A stretch of 64,000 nt of DNA, taken from Ranitomeya imitator. Its lineage: Eukaryota. Where the stretch lies: the NCBI RefSeq assembly GCF_032444005.1, contig NC_091282.1, positions 1,228,592,001 to 1,228,656,000 of the forward strand, given 5' to 3'. Under the pieces are notes generated by a model. That model was not told the DNA's origin. It saw nothing but the letters and a program-made list of their open reading frames with translations, and made no database searches. Below, one piece after another: positions 46,175-59,003 of this stretch (the stretch's first letter is position 1; every line of letters begins with the position of its first letter). The translations under genes were made by a program, and so were the position numbers.

Positions 46175-48330
46175 AGTTTCAAGGTAGAATGTAGACATTA
46201 GTCCATAACTGCCCCATACTGGGGGAAAGTTCCTTCTCGACTCCACAAAGGACAATCAGATCCCCATCACAGAATCTAGTACCCTTAACCTGTAATATTA
46301 TATTCTTCAAGAAAGGCATCCAGGTCCTACTGGAACTTTTTCCATGAATCAACCTATACAATATTATGTCACAGAGTTCCAAAGTCTCAGTTCTCTTACT
46401 GTAAAAAATCGCCATCTGTGCCGATCATTAAACCTTCTTTCCTTCTTGTCACCGCCATAGGCTTGGTTGTAAAGAGCTAGATCCCTGAACTGTCCCTTCA
46501 TAAAATTGTACATTGTATGAAGGTCGTCTCTAAACCTTTGTTTTGCCAAACTGAATAATCCCAAGTTTGATGACCTGTTTTCTGCAAATCTCCCATAACC
46601 TTAATAACCTTACTCGCTCTTCTCTCCACCCGCTGTACTTTGCTCTAGTTCAGCTATGTCCTTGTTTTATAATGGAGCCAAAATTATGCAGAGTATCTAA
46701 GTGTGGACACACTAGTGACTTGTATAAATTCAACATTATGTTCTTGACATGAGCGCCTATACTTCTTTTAATGCATCCCATGATTTTATTTGCCAAACTG
46801 AAGCTAACTGACACTGGTCCCTAAAGTTGAGTTTGCCATCAACCCTTATGACCAGGTGTTTTGTCTGTGACAGTTTTATCCAGTGTTTTACCATAATTAT
46901 ACATTTTAGTTCCTCTGCATGGCCTACTTTAAATTTCAATTGCCATTTCTCATCCCAAGCCTCCAGTTTATATAATTCCCTCTGTAACATAAAATTTTCC
47001 TCCTGTGCCGATTACCCTGCTGAGTTTAGTATCAACTGAAAATATTGAAATTCTACTCTGTATTCTCCCTACAAGGTCATTATTAAATATGTTAAAAAGA
47101 AGAGGGCCCAATACTGGCCCCTGTAATGCTGCATGAGACCCAATCTGATTGTGTTAAACTATTAAACACCCTTTGTTTCCTATTACTGAGCCAGCTGTGA
47201 ACCCAAATTATAAATATTTTCCCCCAGTCCCATTACTCTAATTTTATATACCAACCTTTCAAGTGGTACAGTATCAAACGCCTTTGAGAAATCCATATAT
47301 ACCACATCCACTGCCTTACCCTGATGTAGTCTGGAATTTACCTCCTCATAAGCGCTGATTAGATTAGTTTGATGAAATTGAAATATTCCAGGAAAACCTT
47401 TGAAGATTTTGTCCATAGCCAAGGTTACTCTTACCGCCCTATAATTTCCAGACTCAGAATTTGTCCCCTTTTTGAATAATGGCACGATATTTGCTATGTA
47501 CCAGTCCTCTGGTACAGTCTCTGTTATCATGGAATCCTAGAATATTACAGATAACGGTCCATCACTGCAGTGGGGTCTGCCATCTGGGCACAGGGATTTG
47601 TCTACTTTAGTGATTTTGAGGCGGTGGCATCCTTCCTGCTGGGTGAAGTAGGTGATATTTAATGAAGAAGTTTCTGGTATTCTTGATCATGTCGACTGTC
47701 ATGGGCTTTTCTTGGGTAAATACTGAAAAGAAACATTGGCCTTTCCCTCATTCTCTTCGAACATTTCACCAAGATTATTTTTGAGCAGCCAACACTATAA
47801 TTTTTTAATTTCAAACTTTTTATGTATGTTGAAGGATATTATTGGACTATTCTTATGTTTTTGTTTTGGCAAGGAGTCTCTCTATCTAAATCTTTGCTGC
47901 CTTAATTTTTTTTTTTTACACAAATTAGTTTTTTTGTATTTATTGAATTCCTCATCACTACCCTCTTACTCTCTAGATCTTTTTTTTATTTAGCCTTTGT
48001 TGTTTTTCTCCTGCTTCCCGGTTACTTATTCTCGTAGAGTTTATGTTGTGCTTTTATGTTCAAGAATATTGTCCCAGATTATGGCATGAAGATCATATGA
48101 TCAGATGTTAATTTGCCTTCCTCAAATTTGGTATCCTTAGTTGTGAGAGGTCATTGTCTCCTTTGCTCGACCTGCAGGTTTCTGTTCCCAATTTATATCA
48201 GGGTAGTTGAAGTTCCCCATAATAAAAGTTATCTCTGATTCACAGTCTCACCTATTTGCTTAATGAGGGTATTTTCTGCTGCTTCCATTATATTTGTAGA
48301 TTTATTATCCATAGCAATATTTCTTGTTTC
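46175..48330 (-). mobile_element. CR1-clade LINE remnant (endonuclease, RT and 3' end; deleted and frameshifted)
   Basis: IMGNFNYPDI (endonuclease); VPEDWYIANIVPLFKKG..GNYR; VDVVYMDFSKAFDTVP; LQRELYKLEAW; RFFTVRELRLWNS. Confidence 0.9.
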
Positions 48331-48559
48331 TGATGACCATGCATACTTGAAATACAGGGGGACCAATTTTTGATGGAATTGAAAGCTTCTTCTAGTGCTA
48401 TTGGGATTATTTTTCACATTGCTGGCAAGATGAGAAAGTTAAATGCATAAAAAAATCATTCAAAGAAAAAAAAATTTAAACTAATAAACATAAAAACTTT
48501 TGGTAATAATTTTTCTGATGAAACATATGCTCTACCAAGTGAATGGATCAGAGCTGCAA

Positions 48560-50110
48560 TTCCCTTGAACCAAGTAATGTCCCCTACTCTGTTGCCTCCC
48601 TTTCACCCTACTTTATCAGCAAGTATATAAGCTTAGAGATTTCAGGTAAAACAACCATGTAGAGGGAAACATAAATATGATCAAATCAAAAATATTCCAC
48701 TAAAGTTTTTTTGAGATATCTTTAGATCAAAAACTTCCTGATTCATGGAAACTCAGGAACTTAACCAAAATCAAAGATATTAGTGATTGGTGATGAATTT
48801 ATCTCAAATCAAAATTTAATAGCTCAGTATAATCTGTCGAATGAGGACCTTATTCCACTCACTTCAATAAAAAAAACAGTGATCAATCTTCATAAAAACA
48901 AATCATTAGTCACAGAAACTACCAACTGCTTGCGGAATAACCCCAATAATACTCTTTATTGGAAATCGAAAAATATTTATGAGTTCTTGAACCAAGACTC
49001 AGAATTCGAAGTAGCTACTTTTATGACTAATTGGGAAAAGGGCCTAAATGTACCCTTTACTCCAGAACAGTGGCAAATGTCTCTTAAATTAGCATAACGT
49101 TTCTCCTTATGGAGAGTGACACACCAGCTGGCTTGTCAAGGTAAGGAGGATTATTTGCCGTGCAATGCTCCTCTGGGAAATTAAATATTAAAATTGCCTC
49201 TTCTGAGAAAAAGAGGACTTAAACTCTATAGCGCCACCTGTTGGAAGTAGCAATCCTCCAGGTCACAATCAACCCTTCAACGAGTCGTGCAATATGACTT
49301 AGGATAAAAGCCAAATCAGTATCTCAATTCGCATGCAATATGACTTAGGATAAAAGCCAAATCAGTATCTCAATTCGCATGCAATATGACTTAGGATAAA
49401 AGCCAAATCAGTATCTCAATTTGCATGCAATATGACTTAGGATAAAAGCCAAATCAGTATCTCAATTCGCATGCAATATGACTTAGGATAAAAGCCAAAT
49501 CAGTATCTTAATTCGCACTGCGAATTGAGATACTGATTTGGCTTTTATCCGAAGTCATATTGCACGACTCTTTGAAGGGTTGATTGTGACTTGTAGGATC
49601 GCTACTTCCAACAGGTGGCGCTATAGAGTTTAAGTCCTCTTTTTCTCAGAAGAGGCAATTTGAATATTAAATTAGCATATTCATCCAATATTTGTGCGTC
49701 ATTACACAAATCTTTCTTTGAGATGATCTAAAGATGGCACTTTACTCCCGCAAAAATGGCAAGAATTTTTCCAGGTCAGTCTTCGGACTGCTGGAAAGGC
49801 TGTGGCCTAAAAGGTCATCTAATGCTCGTCTTTTGGAGATGTCCCAAACTACGACCTCTTTGGAATGATATCTCTATCTGGATTTGTCACCTCACTAAAC
49901 TAAATATAATTCTTTCACCCCAAATGGCTTTGCTCTTACTAGACCTCGATACTATAAATCGGATCCATAAACCCCTAATTATTCACATTCTTCCATCTAC
50001 TAAAGCACTTTGGAAACAAAAGTCGATGTCCGTCGTTAGAGATATTATTGATAAGGGTTTTCTGCATAACTCATACGAAAGAAGTTTCGCAATTGCAAAT
50101 AACTATTAAG
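48560..50110 (+). mobile_element. L1-clade LINE ORF2 3' remnant, split by an insertion
   Basis: WEKGL..FTPEQWQMSLKLA|YSSNICAS..RWHFTPAKMARIFP..DCWKGCGLKGHLMLVFWRCPKLRPLW, the L1 C-terminal cysteine-rich region. Confidence 0.75.
49097..49679. mobile_element. 583-bp fold-back insertion containing a 5x46-bp tandem array
   Basis: Inverted arms of ~155 bp centred on base 49518. 46-bp units start at 49288, 49334, 49380, 49426 and 49472. 12-bp direct repeat TAAATTAGCATA at 49085-49096 and 49668-49679. Confidence 0.8.
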
Positions 50111-51099
50111 ATTCATATTACAAGAGATGAGAATCTTGGATTTGTTTCACATATTGATCAATTTCTCTCCAGTGTCCCCTTTTACCGAGATTAACCACTA
50201 ATTCTGTAAAATGGCGCAACAATAGTTGAACTGATATTAATAATACTCCTAAGATTGTTCCAAATTTGTATGTAAAATTTGAAAATGTTAATAAATGTTC
50301 TTTTTTTAAATTGAACTGCAATTCCCCGCACAGCTAGAAGTGTGGACGAGGTGGCCTCTCAGTTTTGGATCTGCTATGTGCTTTGCATTTACATCATGCA
50401 ATTTCTAACCATTCTAGAACTTCTTACAACCTCTCAGAAATATGAATAATGAAGGTCCTGGTGGTTGGCTCTTAACCCAGCATCTGTTATTGATAAATAA
50501 TAGTCTTCATTTTCCATGAGAACTTCTGAAAGTACTTCTTGCACCTTCATTCAAGCTGGAAGACAAAACCCCGCTTACTTTTAAAAATCACCATGGGAAA
50601 TTTGCAAAACATTATTCATATTACAAGAAGATCATCAGGGATCACTTCAAAATTTCACAAAAGGTATAAACAAGACACAAAGGCGTCTTCCCTTATTACT
50701 TAATGTTCTTTAATTTATTTTTAACTGAAGAAACGTATTCGTGTATTTACATTTTCCAAAGAATTATGGGGCAGCCCAAAGTCACCAGAGGAACAAAACC
50801 CAACTAGAAGTCAACTGATGAAGTGATGATCGTCTGTTTATTGACAAGTGATCTAGCAAGCGCAAGGAAAGTTGGTAAGAGGACACCATTGGTATTAGCC
50901 AATGTACAGAAGCCATGATATCCAGCCAGGAAAAAAAAAAAGTATACCAAAATAAACGTGGATATAATGTAGCTGTAAAAATGCTGAACAAATATGATTT
51001 CATTTTACCATGTGAATCCTTGAGAGAGGAATGGGTTTACAATAGAGATGAGTAAATCTAGCGAGGGTCTAAACACATGATATGCAGTTGCCATTGTTT

Positions 51100-52740
51100 A
51101 GTACAACTGAAACAGTTGCCCAATCGGCAGGAGATGAGTTCCAGCAGGTGCAAATAATCATGTCCCTACTGGGAGAGTGTACTCAGAATTGGACGTTTTC
51201 CTTGTTCCAACAAGCCCCAGAGCGGTTTTCTGTGGACAACTTTTTAGGCCTGATCTATCCCACAAGATCCAGGTTGCCGAAGCAAAAATCATGAACCTTG
51301 CACAGGGGGGACCACACTGCTGGAGACTTCTGAACTGTGTTTTGGCAATGTTCCATTGAAGTTCTGTGGAACGATGCAGCTTTTGGGTGCCAGTTCCACA
51401 AATGCCTTTCCGAAACGCTTCAGGAATATTTGGTCCTTCATGACGCCCCTTGTTCTCTGGCAAAGTGACACATATGACCAAGGCCATATGAAGGGACCGC
51501 AGAATCTGTGAGAGAAGTGGTGAACAGCAGGCTGCCCGTTAAACTTTCCCAGAGCTTGTCCATTTTCTGGAGGTGGAGCCATTGTAGGTTATTAGAATTG
51601 CCAGTCTTCATGTTGTAGAGAGAAAATGTAGACAAAGGTCTTGTATTCTGTACTGTGGTCTCTATGGACATTTTCTCAAGAATTGCCCAACTTGTCCTCA
51701 GGCAAGTAAACCATCTGGAGAACATCTGAGTCTGGGTGATGGACGAGGAGGTCATGCAGAATCAAGTACCTTTTTATTCCTCTGATAAAATACTGATGAA
51801 TACAGTATTATCCTTCAAGGACCAGGTGTTATCAGCATTGGCGTTCATTGACTACAGGTCTGCTGCTAACTTTATTGATTCGAGACTGGTACTAAAGTTA
51901 GCACTAGGGACAGTTAGTTTAGAAAGGCCCATGAAATCTTCGTCATTGACAAGACTTCGTTAGCCTGGAATCTGGTCAACAGGGTAACTATGGATTTCAC
52001 ACTCCAAATGGGAGCATTCCCCTCAGAATCCATCTCCTGTTTTGTTTTGGATAATTTACCTGCTGGGTTGGTACTGGGGCTTCCATGGTTGCATACTCAC
52101 AATCCTCTTATTGATTGGTGTTAGAAGCATATTGGTAAATGGATTCCCAATTCTTACCAGAAACATCTAAAGTCTGTACAAATATGCTCCGCTAATTTGT
52201 GGGATGTGCGCCGACGTACCTTAAGGACTTTGGAGATGTGTTTTCGAAGAAAAATTAGGAGATACTACCTCCTAATCTTCCTTATGATTGTGCTACCTTC
52301 AATTTGTCTTGGCCTGAACAGGCGGCCATGAAAGAATATGTTAACAAAAGTTTACGGAGGGGTCATATTCGTTCTTTCTCTTCCTCCGCAGCTGTCAATT
52401 TTTTTTTTTAAAAAAAGAAAGATGTCTGCCTCTGACTTTACCTCCTTTTCTGTGAAATAAACAAAATCACAGTTAAAAATACCCAATTCCATTCGTCATC
52501 AACCTATATAATCAGCTTCTGGAAGCTAAGTGGTTTTCTAAACTTGATCTTAAAGACGCTTACAATTTGATACGCATCTGGAAGGGTAAGGAGTGGAAAA
52601 TGTCATTCTTAACATCTGAGGGTTTATTTGAAAATGTTGTCATGCTATTTGGATTATCCAATGCACCTGCTGTTTTACAAAATGTTATGAATATTTTCTC
52701 TGATTGCATTGGAAGATTTTTCTAAATACACTTAATGACA
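51100..52740 (+). mobile_element. Heavily decayed Gypsy (sushi-like) gag-pro-RT remnant
   Basis: Fragments LWNDAAFGCQFHKCLSE (gag), ALAFIDYRSAANFIDS (protease), GLVLGLPWLHTHNPLIDW, and FSKLDLKDAYNLIRI..EWK..FGLSNAPAV (RT). Confidence 0.8.
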
Positions 52741-53100
52741 CTGATAAATAAGTTGCTGGTTGCCTACCTGGGTGGCTTGGTAGACTTGATGTGGGGTATA
52801 TGTACACAAATCCAAGAGGGTAGGATAATTAAATTGAAGGTAAAGCCGTGCTGTGTCCTGGATCCATGCTGCAGTAAATGATGCAGTGTTGGCAGATATC
52901 CGGCTAACTACGCTAGCTTGTCACCTACTTGAAAGGAAAAAGCTGTGTCTGCCTGAAGTCATTACACTACAGGCTCTCTTCTGTGGCAAAAGAGAAGAGT
53001 GCTGATATCCAACCTGGTTTCTTTGATTTCATTATCTCCCCACTTGGATGAGTGCACGTTTTCCCCACATTGAGTCTACCCAGCCACACAGGTAGGGTTC

Positions 53101-54345
53101 ACCCATAATTATTTTAAAAATGATGATCAGTTTTATTTGCAGATGTGGGGCACTGAAATTGGGGACCAGATTCACACCAAGTTTTGCAAATCTAAGCTTG
53201 GGTACCACAATGGGGACCAGATTCACACCAAGTTTCGCAAATCTCAGCTTGGGCACTGCAATGGGGACCAGATTCACACCAAGTTTCGCAAATCTCAGCT
53301 TGGGCACTGCAATGGGGACCAGATTCACACCAAGTTTTGCAAATCTCAGCTTGGGCACTGCAATGGGGGCCAGATTTACACCAAGTTTCGCAAATCTCAG
53401 CTTGGGCACCGCAATGGGGACCAGATTCACACCAAGTTTCGCAAATCTCAGCTTGGGCACTGCAATGGGGACCAGATTCACACCAAGTTTCACAAATCTC
53501 AGCTTGGAAACTGCAATGGGGACCAGATTCATGCCAAGTTTCACAAATCTCTACTTGCACAGGTGGGAGGGTCTCGCCATCCTCCCACACAGGTTGCTTG
53601 GTGCGAGCCTGGTCCGCTGGAGATGTTTTATTGACAATTTTTGTTTTATTTGGTCTGGAGGTCAAGATTCATTAATTCAATTTCTAAATGATATAAATAA
53701 AAATAATTGTAATTTACATTTTACTTCAACCACCAAATCGATTAATTTTTTAGACATCGCAGTATTTATAGATGGAAATGTTATAGCTACTAAGACATAC
53801 AGCAAACTAACTGCCAGTGTGGCTTGTAAGCATTCTAAAAGGACAAATCATGCAGATCAAAAGAAAATGCACAAAGGAGGATTATTATGAAGAATCCCAA
53901 AAATCAAAAAAATGATTTAAAAAAATTGTTCAAAAGTAATATGATCCAACCAAACTAAGAAAAATACATGAAGAAGTAGAAAATATCATGAGGGAATCTC
54001 TTTTAGAAAGTAGAGTAATAAATAATATGGAAAAGGATAACAATTTATTTAACATACAGTACCTATCATAACTCAATATAATCAGGAGGGCAGATTTTTA
54101 AAAAGTATTGTAAAAATAAAATTGGCCACTGCAACAGGGGATAAAATTGTGGAGGAACTCATTCCGCCACAACCAAGGTTTGTTTTCAGAAAAGCGGAAA
54201 ATTTGGCAAGCAAAATAGCCTCCACAGTCATCATAAAAACCAGGACATATACATTTGAAACCCCAGAGGGGGCATTTACTATCAAGACCCACATACCATG
54301 CTCCACTAAAGGAATTGTATACTGCATAAAATGCCCTTGTGCCTA
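53101..54345 (+). mobile_element. Penelope-like element remnant (RT and start of the GIY-YIG endonuclease)
   Basis: THNYFKNDDQFYLQMWGT, GTAMGTRFxPSFANL, WRCFIDNFCFIW, INFLDI, PPQPRFVFRKAENL and CSTKGIVYCIKCPC. Stops and frameshifts are present. Confidence 0.85.
53149..53556 (+). repeat. 51-bp (17-codon) tandem repeat x8 derived from an RT motif
   Basis: GGGGACCAGATTCACACCAAG starts at 53161, 53212, 53263, 53314, 53365, 53416, 53467 and 53518. Confidence 0.95.
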
Positions 54346-54681
54346 CCTTTGCCTACCCATCATCCCAAACCAGGGCGGCACCTTTTAACAGAAGCAGATA
54401 TTACTAGAGCAGGTCCAGGTAGCAAAGTGACTTACTAAACTGAATTCTGTCTCAATTTTGTTAAAAAAAAAAACAACTGGCGCCCATGTAAGAAGGTGCA
54501 ATATGTTATACTTTTGATTTGACAAAAGACATGGCTTCAATGAAACGAGTGCATGGCTTCATGGGACGCGCCATTCTTGAGATGCAACATTCTGCTTCAA
54601 AATCGCATTAATATTTACAAAAGTGGCCAATACGTCAAGCAAGAAGCAAAGCAAGCCATTGTGATAAACTTGCATTTCTAA

Positions 54682-54981
54682 GGGCCTCCATAAAAAATAG
54701 ATCGCTGTCGGCCGATCGCTCAGCCAGCAGCTATCTCTCCCAACTCCTCATTGCATAGAAGTCCTCGCTCGTCCGACCACTCCTGTATTCTCCACAAGAG
54801 AGCCTTGGCCAGACTCCTCTGTAGACTATGGATCTCGCGAAGAACAAAAGGATCAGCTGTCCGAAATCTCACCTGCTAGATCCTTAATTTCCATGTCTGG
54901 GGAGAGTAGGCTGACCACCATACACCTTACATTAGTCAGTTATCAGGTTCAGATGACGTTAGTCTCATGTATGTGGGGACC
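54682..54981. mobile_element. Harbinger/PIF-like MITE
   Basis: TAA|GGGCCTCCATA ... TATGTGGGGACC|TTA: degenerate TIRs with TWA flanks. Confidence 0.5.
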
Positions 54982-56876
54982 TTACGTTTATGCATTAAAC
55001 TATGGCCGGATTAGTAGATTTTCCCTATCGTGGTCTTCCATGGGTATTTAGTAAAACATAAAAGTAGTAACATAATATCTTTGTATCTTATAAAGATGCT
55101 GAATTTCACATTTATCCACCGTAGAGCAAATATCAATCAATTGTAATACCGAAAATATGTAGATGTGTTCAAGGCAAATGGTAGTAGTTGTTTCTTTTGG
55201 CTGCAGGGTCTCGTTCCATAGAGCGTCTTTCTTTACCATTAAACTCTGGTGTCTCTATAGGTGGTCCCGACACAAGTCTCCACGTCAGTGGCACTGGAAT
55301 ATCAGCCACATGTTCATGTTACGAGGCCAGATCAGGACAAGCGCTCATCCTTTAATAAAATATCTTTGGATATCGCCAACACAGGGATGTGGGGAGACGG
55401 CTGCTGGCGGCCGTTCCGGATCACCTGGACCACATTAAAGAGAGGCAGATGATGATCGTCTTCATGGAAGGAACATCTTAAACATTTTAAATAGTGGAAT
55501 GTGATGCATAAAATGATTAAAATAGCACACATTAAGACACAATACGAACATCTGGTTTTTCCATACCTTCCCCATATCCCTATTCTTACTATGCCCTATA
55601 AAGTTAGAAACTCTAGATATATTTAGTATTTTTAGCTTTTTAGCTCAGTAATATTCAGCTTTGCTTTAAGGGTTTGTCCAAAAGAAATCCAATACCTGAC
55701 TTACGATCTTAATGTAAGAGAAGCAAATCTTAGCATATTTTTAAAACACTGATTCCGATTCGCAATGAAATACCTTGTCATTTCCAAAGAGTCATGGTTT
55801 TTGCCACTAAAGGAACAATTTTGGGGGTCTGTTAAAGAGATATTTTTTTAGCAGAAACCATTGGTGGTTGACTGGATATGTCTCCACTCCCTGATCATCT
55901 GTTCCCATGTTCAGAATTAAGGGGGACAATGACGAAACTGATTCAGTGGTTTGAATGTTGCCCTCATTGCTTCACCACTCTCTGCTGAGAATTATTTATT
56001 TTCTTCTTTGAATTCACATTTGACATTTGATAGTTTCATTGAATTTTTGCTGATAATTCGTTTTGCAGCAAAATCGATTCTCCAAGAATTCAAAGTATTC
56101 AAGAAAGCCTAAAATTTCCCTGAAGAGATGTGTCTAACACTCTGAAGTTTCCTACGATTGTATCCAACCTGTTTCGAGTTCGGTAACATAAGCACAGCCT
56201 AACGAGAAAGTGACCTCATCATATATGGCTATGGGTAAATGGATGAAAATTGGGGGCAACCAACAGCCTTTTCTTATTACACCAATTTCCTTCACTGCTG
56301 TGCTGCACATTTTCTTCACCGTCTTCAGCAGTTTATAGCCTTCTCTCACTATCTCTATTGCTAAGCTGTTACGTCCTTTCACTATCCTCACTATCCAGAT
56401 TCACCACAAATAGCTGCTGCATTCCCTGCCTCAGCTCCTACACAGGCTACCACAGTCCTTCCTGATTGGCTGTGCTATATCATGTGATGTGCTATCTCCA
56501 AGGTATTATGGATAAGTCAGCATTGGCCATTGTAGGGGATTCATGTCAAGCAAATTTCAAATTGCATAGAAACAATTCTCTCATCTCTAGAGCAATGTTC
56601 TGTGTAACGTCATAGAATCTGTTCTCCACATGTGATCGTCAGGGAAAACCAGACAAAAATGTCCAGCTTTTCGTATTCCAATAAAAGTGGCGCAACACAC
56701 CATGTGGTAAGATGTGACACCAGGGTGCGTCATTTATGAGAAGGTTTTGTTAAGGTTAGAAAATCCCTCTAATTCTTTACAGTAGACACATCAGTGTTTC
56801 CACAATAAACCACAAGACTTCTGAATATCAGTGACTTTTATAGAAGCAATTTTGAAATTTGCTATAACATGACCAT

Positions 56877-58079
56877 TAGGGTTGAGCGACTTTTACTTTT
56901 ATAGGATCGGGTCGGGTTTCACGAAACCCGACTTTTTCAAAAGTCGGGTCGAGTGAAATCGGCCGATCCTATAAAAAAGTCGGGGTCGGGGTCGGCCGAA
57001 ACACGAAACCCAATGCAGTGCATTGGGTTTCCAATGGTTCCCAGGGTCTGAAGGAGAGGAAACTCTCCTTCAGGCCCTGGGATCCATATTTAAATGTAAA
57101 ATAAAGAATTAAAATGAAAAATATTGCTATACTTACCCTCGGACGCGCCCTGGTACTAACCGGCAGCCTTCCTTCCTTAGAATCAGCGCGTGAAGGGCCT
57201 TAGATGACGTCGCGGCTTGTGATTGGTCGCGCGACCGCCCATGTGACCGCTCGCGCGACCAATCACAAGCCGTGACGTCACCGAAGGTCCTTCAAGCGCT
57301 GATTCTTAGGAAGGAAGGCTGCCAGAAAGAAGCAGGGCGCATCCGAGGGTGAGTATATTCCTACTAGGTATATACTCACTTCCGGACGTGCCCTGCTTCT
57401 TTCCGGTAGCCTTCTTTCCTAAGAATCAGCGCTTGAAGGACCTTTGGTGACGTCACGGCTTGTGATTGGTCGCGCGAGCGGTCACATGGGCGGTCGCGCG
57501 ACCAATCACAAGCCGCGACATCACCGGAGGTCCTTCAAGCGCTGATTCTTAGGAAGGAAGGCTGCCGGAAATAAGCAGGGCGCTTCCGAGGATGAGTATT
57601 TTCCTATTAGGTATATACTCACCTCCGGACGCGCCCTGCTTCTTTCCGGCAGCCTTCCTTCCTAAGAATCAGCGCTTGAAGGACCTTTGGTGACGTCGCG
57701 GCTTGTGATTGGTCGCGCGAGCGGTCACATGGGCGGTCACGTGACCAATCACAAGCCGCGATGTCATCTAAGGCCCTTCACACGCTGATTCTAAGGAAGG
57801 AAGAGGAAGGCTGCCGGTTAGTACCAGGGCGCGTCCGAGGGTGAGTATAGCAATATTTTTTATTTTAATTCTTTATTTTACACTTAAATATGGATTCCAA
57901 TACCGATTTCCGATATTGCAAACATATCGCAACTCAGGATCGGAATTCCGATAACAGATTCAGAAGATCGCCAACCTCATGGCCGACCCCACACAGGGGT
58001 CGGGTCGGGTTTCATGAAACCCAACTTTGCCAAAAGTCGGCGACTTCTGAAAATGGCCGACCCGTTTCGCTCAACCCTA
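56877..58079. mobile_element. Young hAT-type MITE (1203 bp) with a CpG-rich palindromic core
   Basis: TIR TAGGGTTGAGCGA/TCGCTCAACCCTA. Perfect 8-bp TSD ATGACCAT at 56869-56876 and 58080-58087. Confidence 0.95.
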
Positions 58080-58705
58080 ATGACCATTAAGTGTGGTTTC
58101 GTTCATAGAGATGGGTTTCTGTCCATCTCTGCATCCAGCTCCTTCCACTTTTAGAAGCAGAAAACATGTTATAATGTAGTCATTGACATTGAACCTGATT
58201 AAACCCTTACCTTCTCTACTTTTGAGTTACGCTAAGGTTGGCTAATATAATGCAGGTAGTCTATGTCATCTTCCTTTTAATCCTTTTTGCTTTGATTAGT
58301 AAAATTCTGGCTCTTCCAAAACTGACCTTAGGCTTTCCATATATCAAATAGTGTTTAGCCAATAGCTAATCCTCCTTAAATCGGCCAAGTCTTCATTCGA
58401 GTCTGCAGGCAAAACCATTGCCAGACTGATCCCACTCCAAATAAATAAATAAATAAGCATTACACAATTCAACATCCTGATCTTTATTACCTTTAACTTC
58501 TAGTTTTCTGGGCAGTTGAATAGATACTCAATCTGGAGATGATCGAATGTGTCAAAATTCTAATTTGACAAATTTTGTCAATTTTCAGGGAAATTTGACT
58601 TGCAACAAGTCACTCTATGTTAATTCAATGTTCCTTATTAGGTTTTTGAGTCTCTTTAGATCTCAGAGTCTACTCACACCTGGGAATATCCACAAATGTC
58701 CTAGA

Positions 58706-59003
58706 CAGAGATGAGCGAACACCTACTGACCTACTGTAATGTCCGGGTTCTGAACTCTGAACATGGACTTCTCCCGGAAGTCCATTTTAGTGCTTGGAAT
58801 TCCAGGAGAACTGTGTGTGAGAGGGAGACTGCATCCTTTGGCAGCCTCCTACCCCTTACTATGACCATTTTACAGCACCAAAGTTTGGGTCCCCATTGAC
58901 TTCTCCAGGGTTCGGTTTCAAGTTCGGGTAGACTTCTTGTACCCAATCCGAAAGCTCAGTCGAACCTGATTAACTTGGACATCCATGGGTTCCATCATCC
59001 CTA
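58706..59003. mobile_element. Short decayed hAT-type MITE
   Basis: CAGAGATGAGCGAAC ... CATCCCTA. Flanks GTCCTAGA/GTCTTGGA match 6/8. Confidence 0.6.

Noticed and set aside
55420-55470. Minus-strand MKTIIICLSLMWS followed by CAG|GTGATC, a signal-peptide-like exon
   Set aside because: Too short, no downstream partner exon was found, and neighbouring frames are closed.
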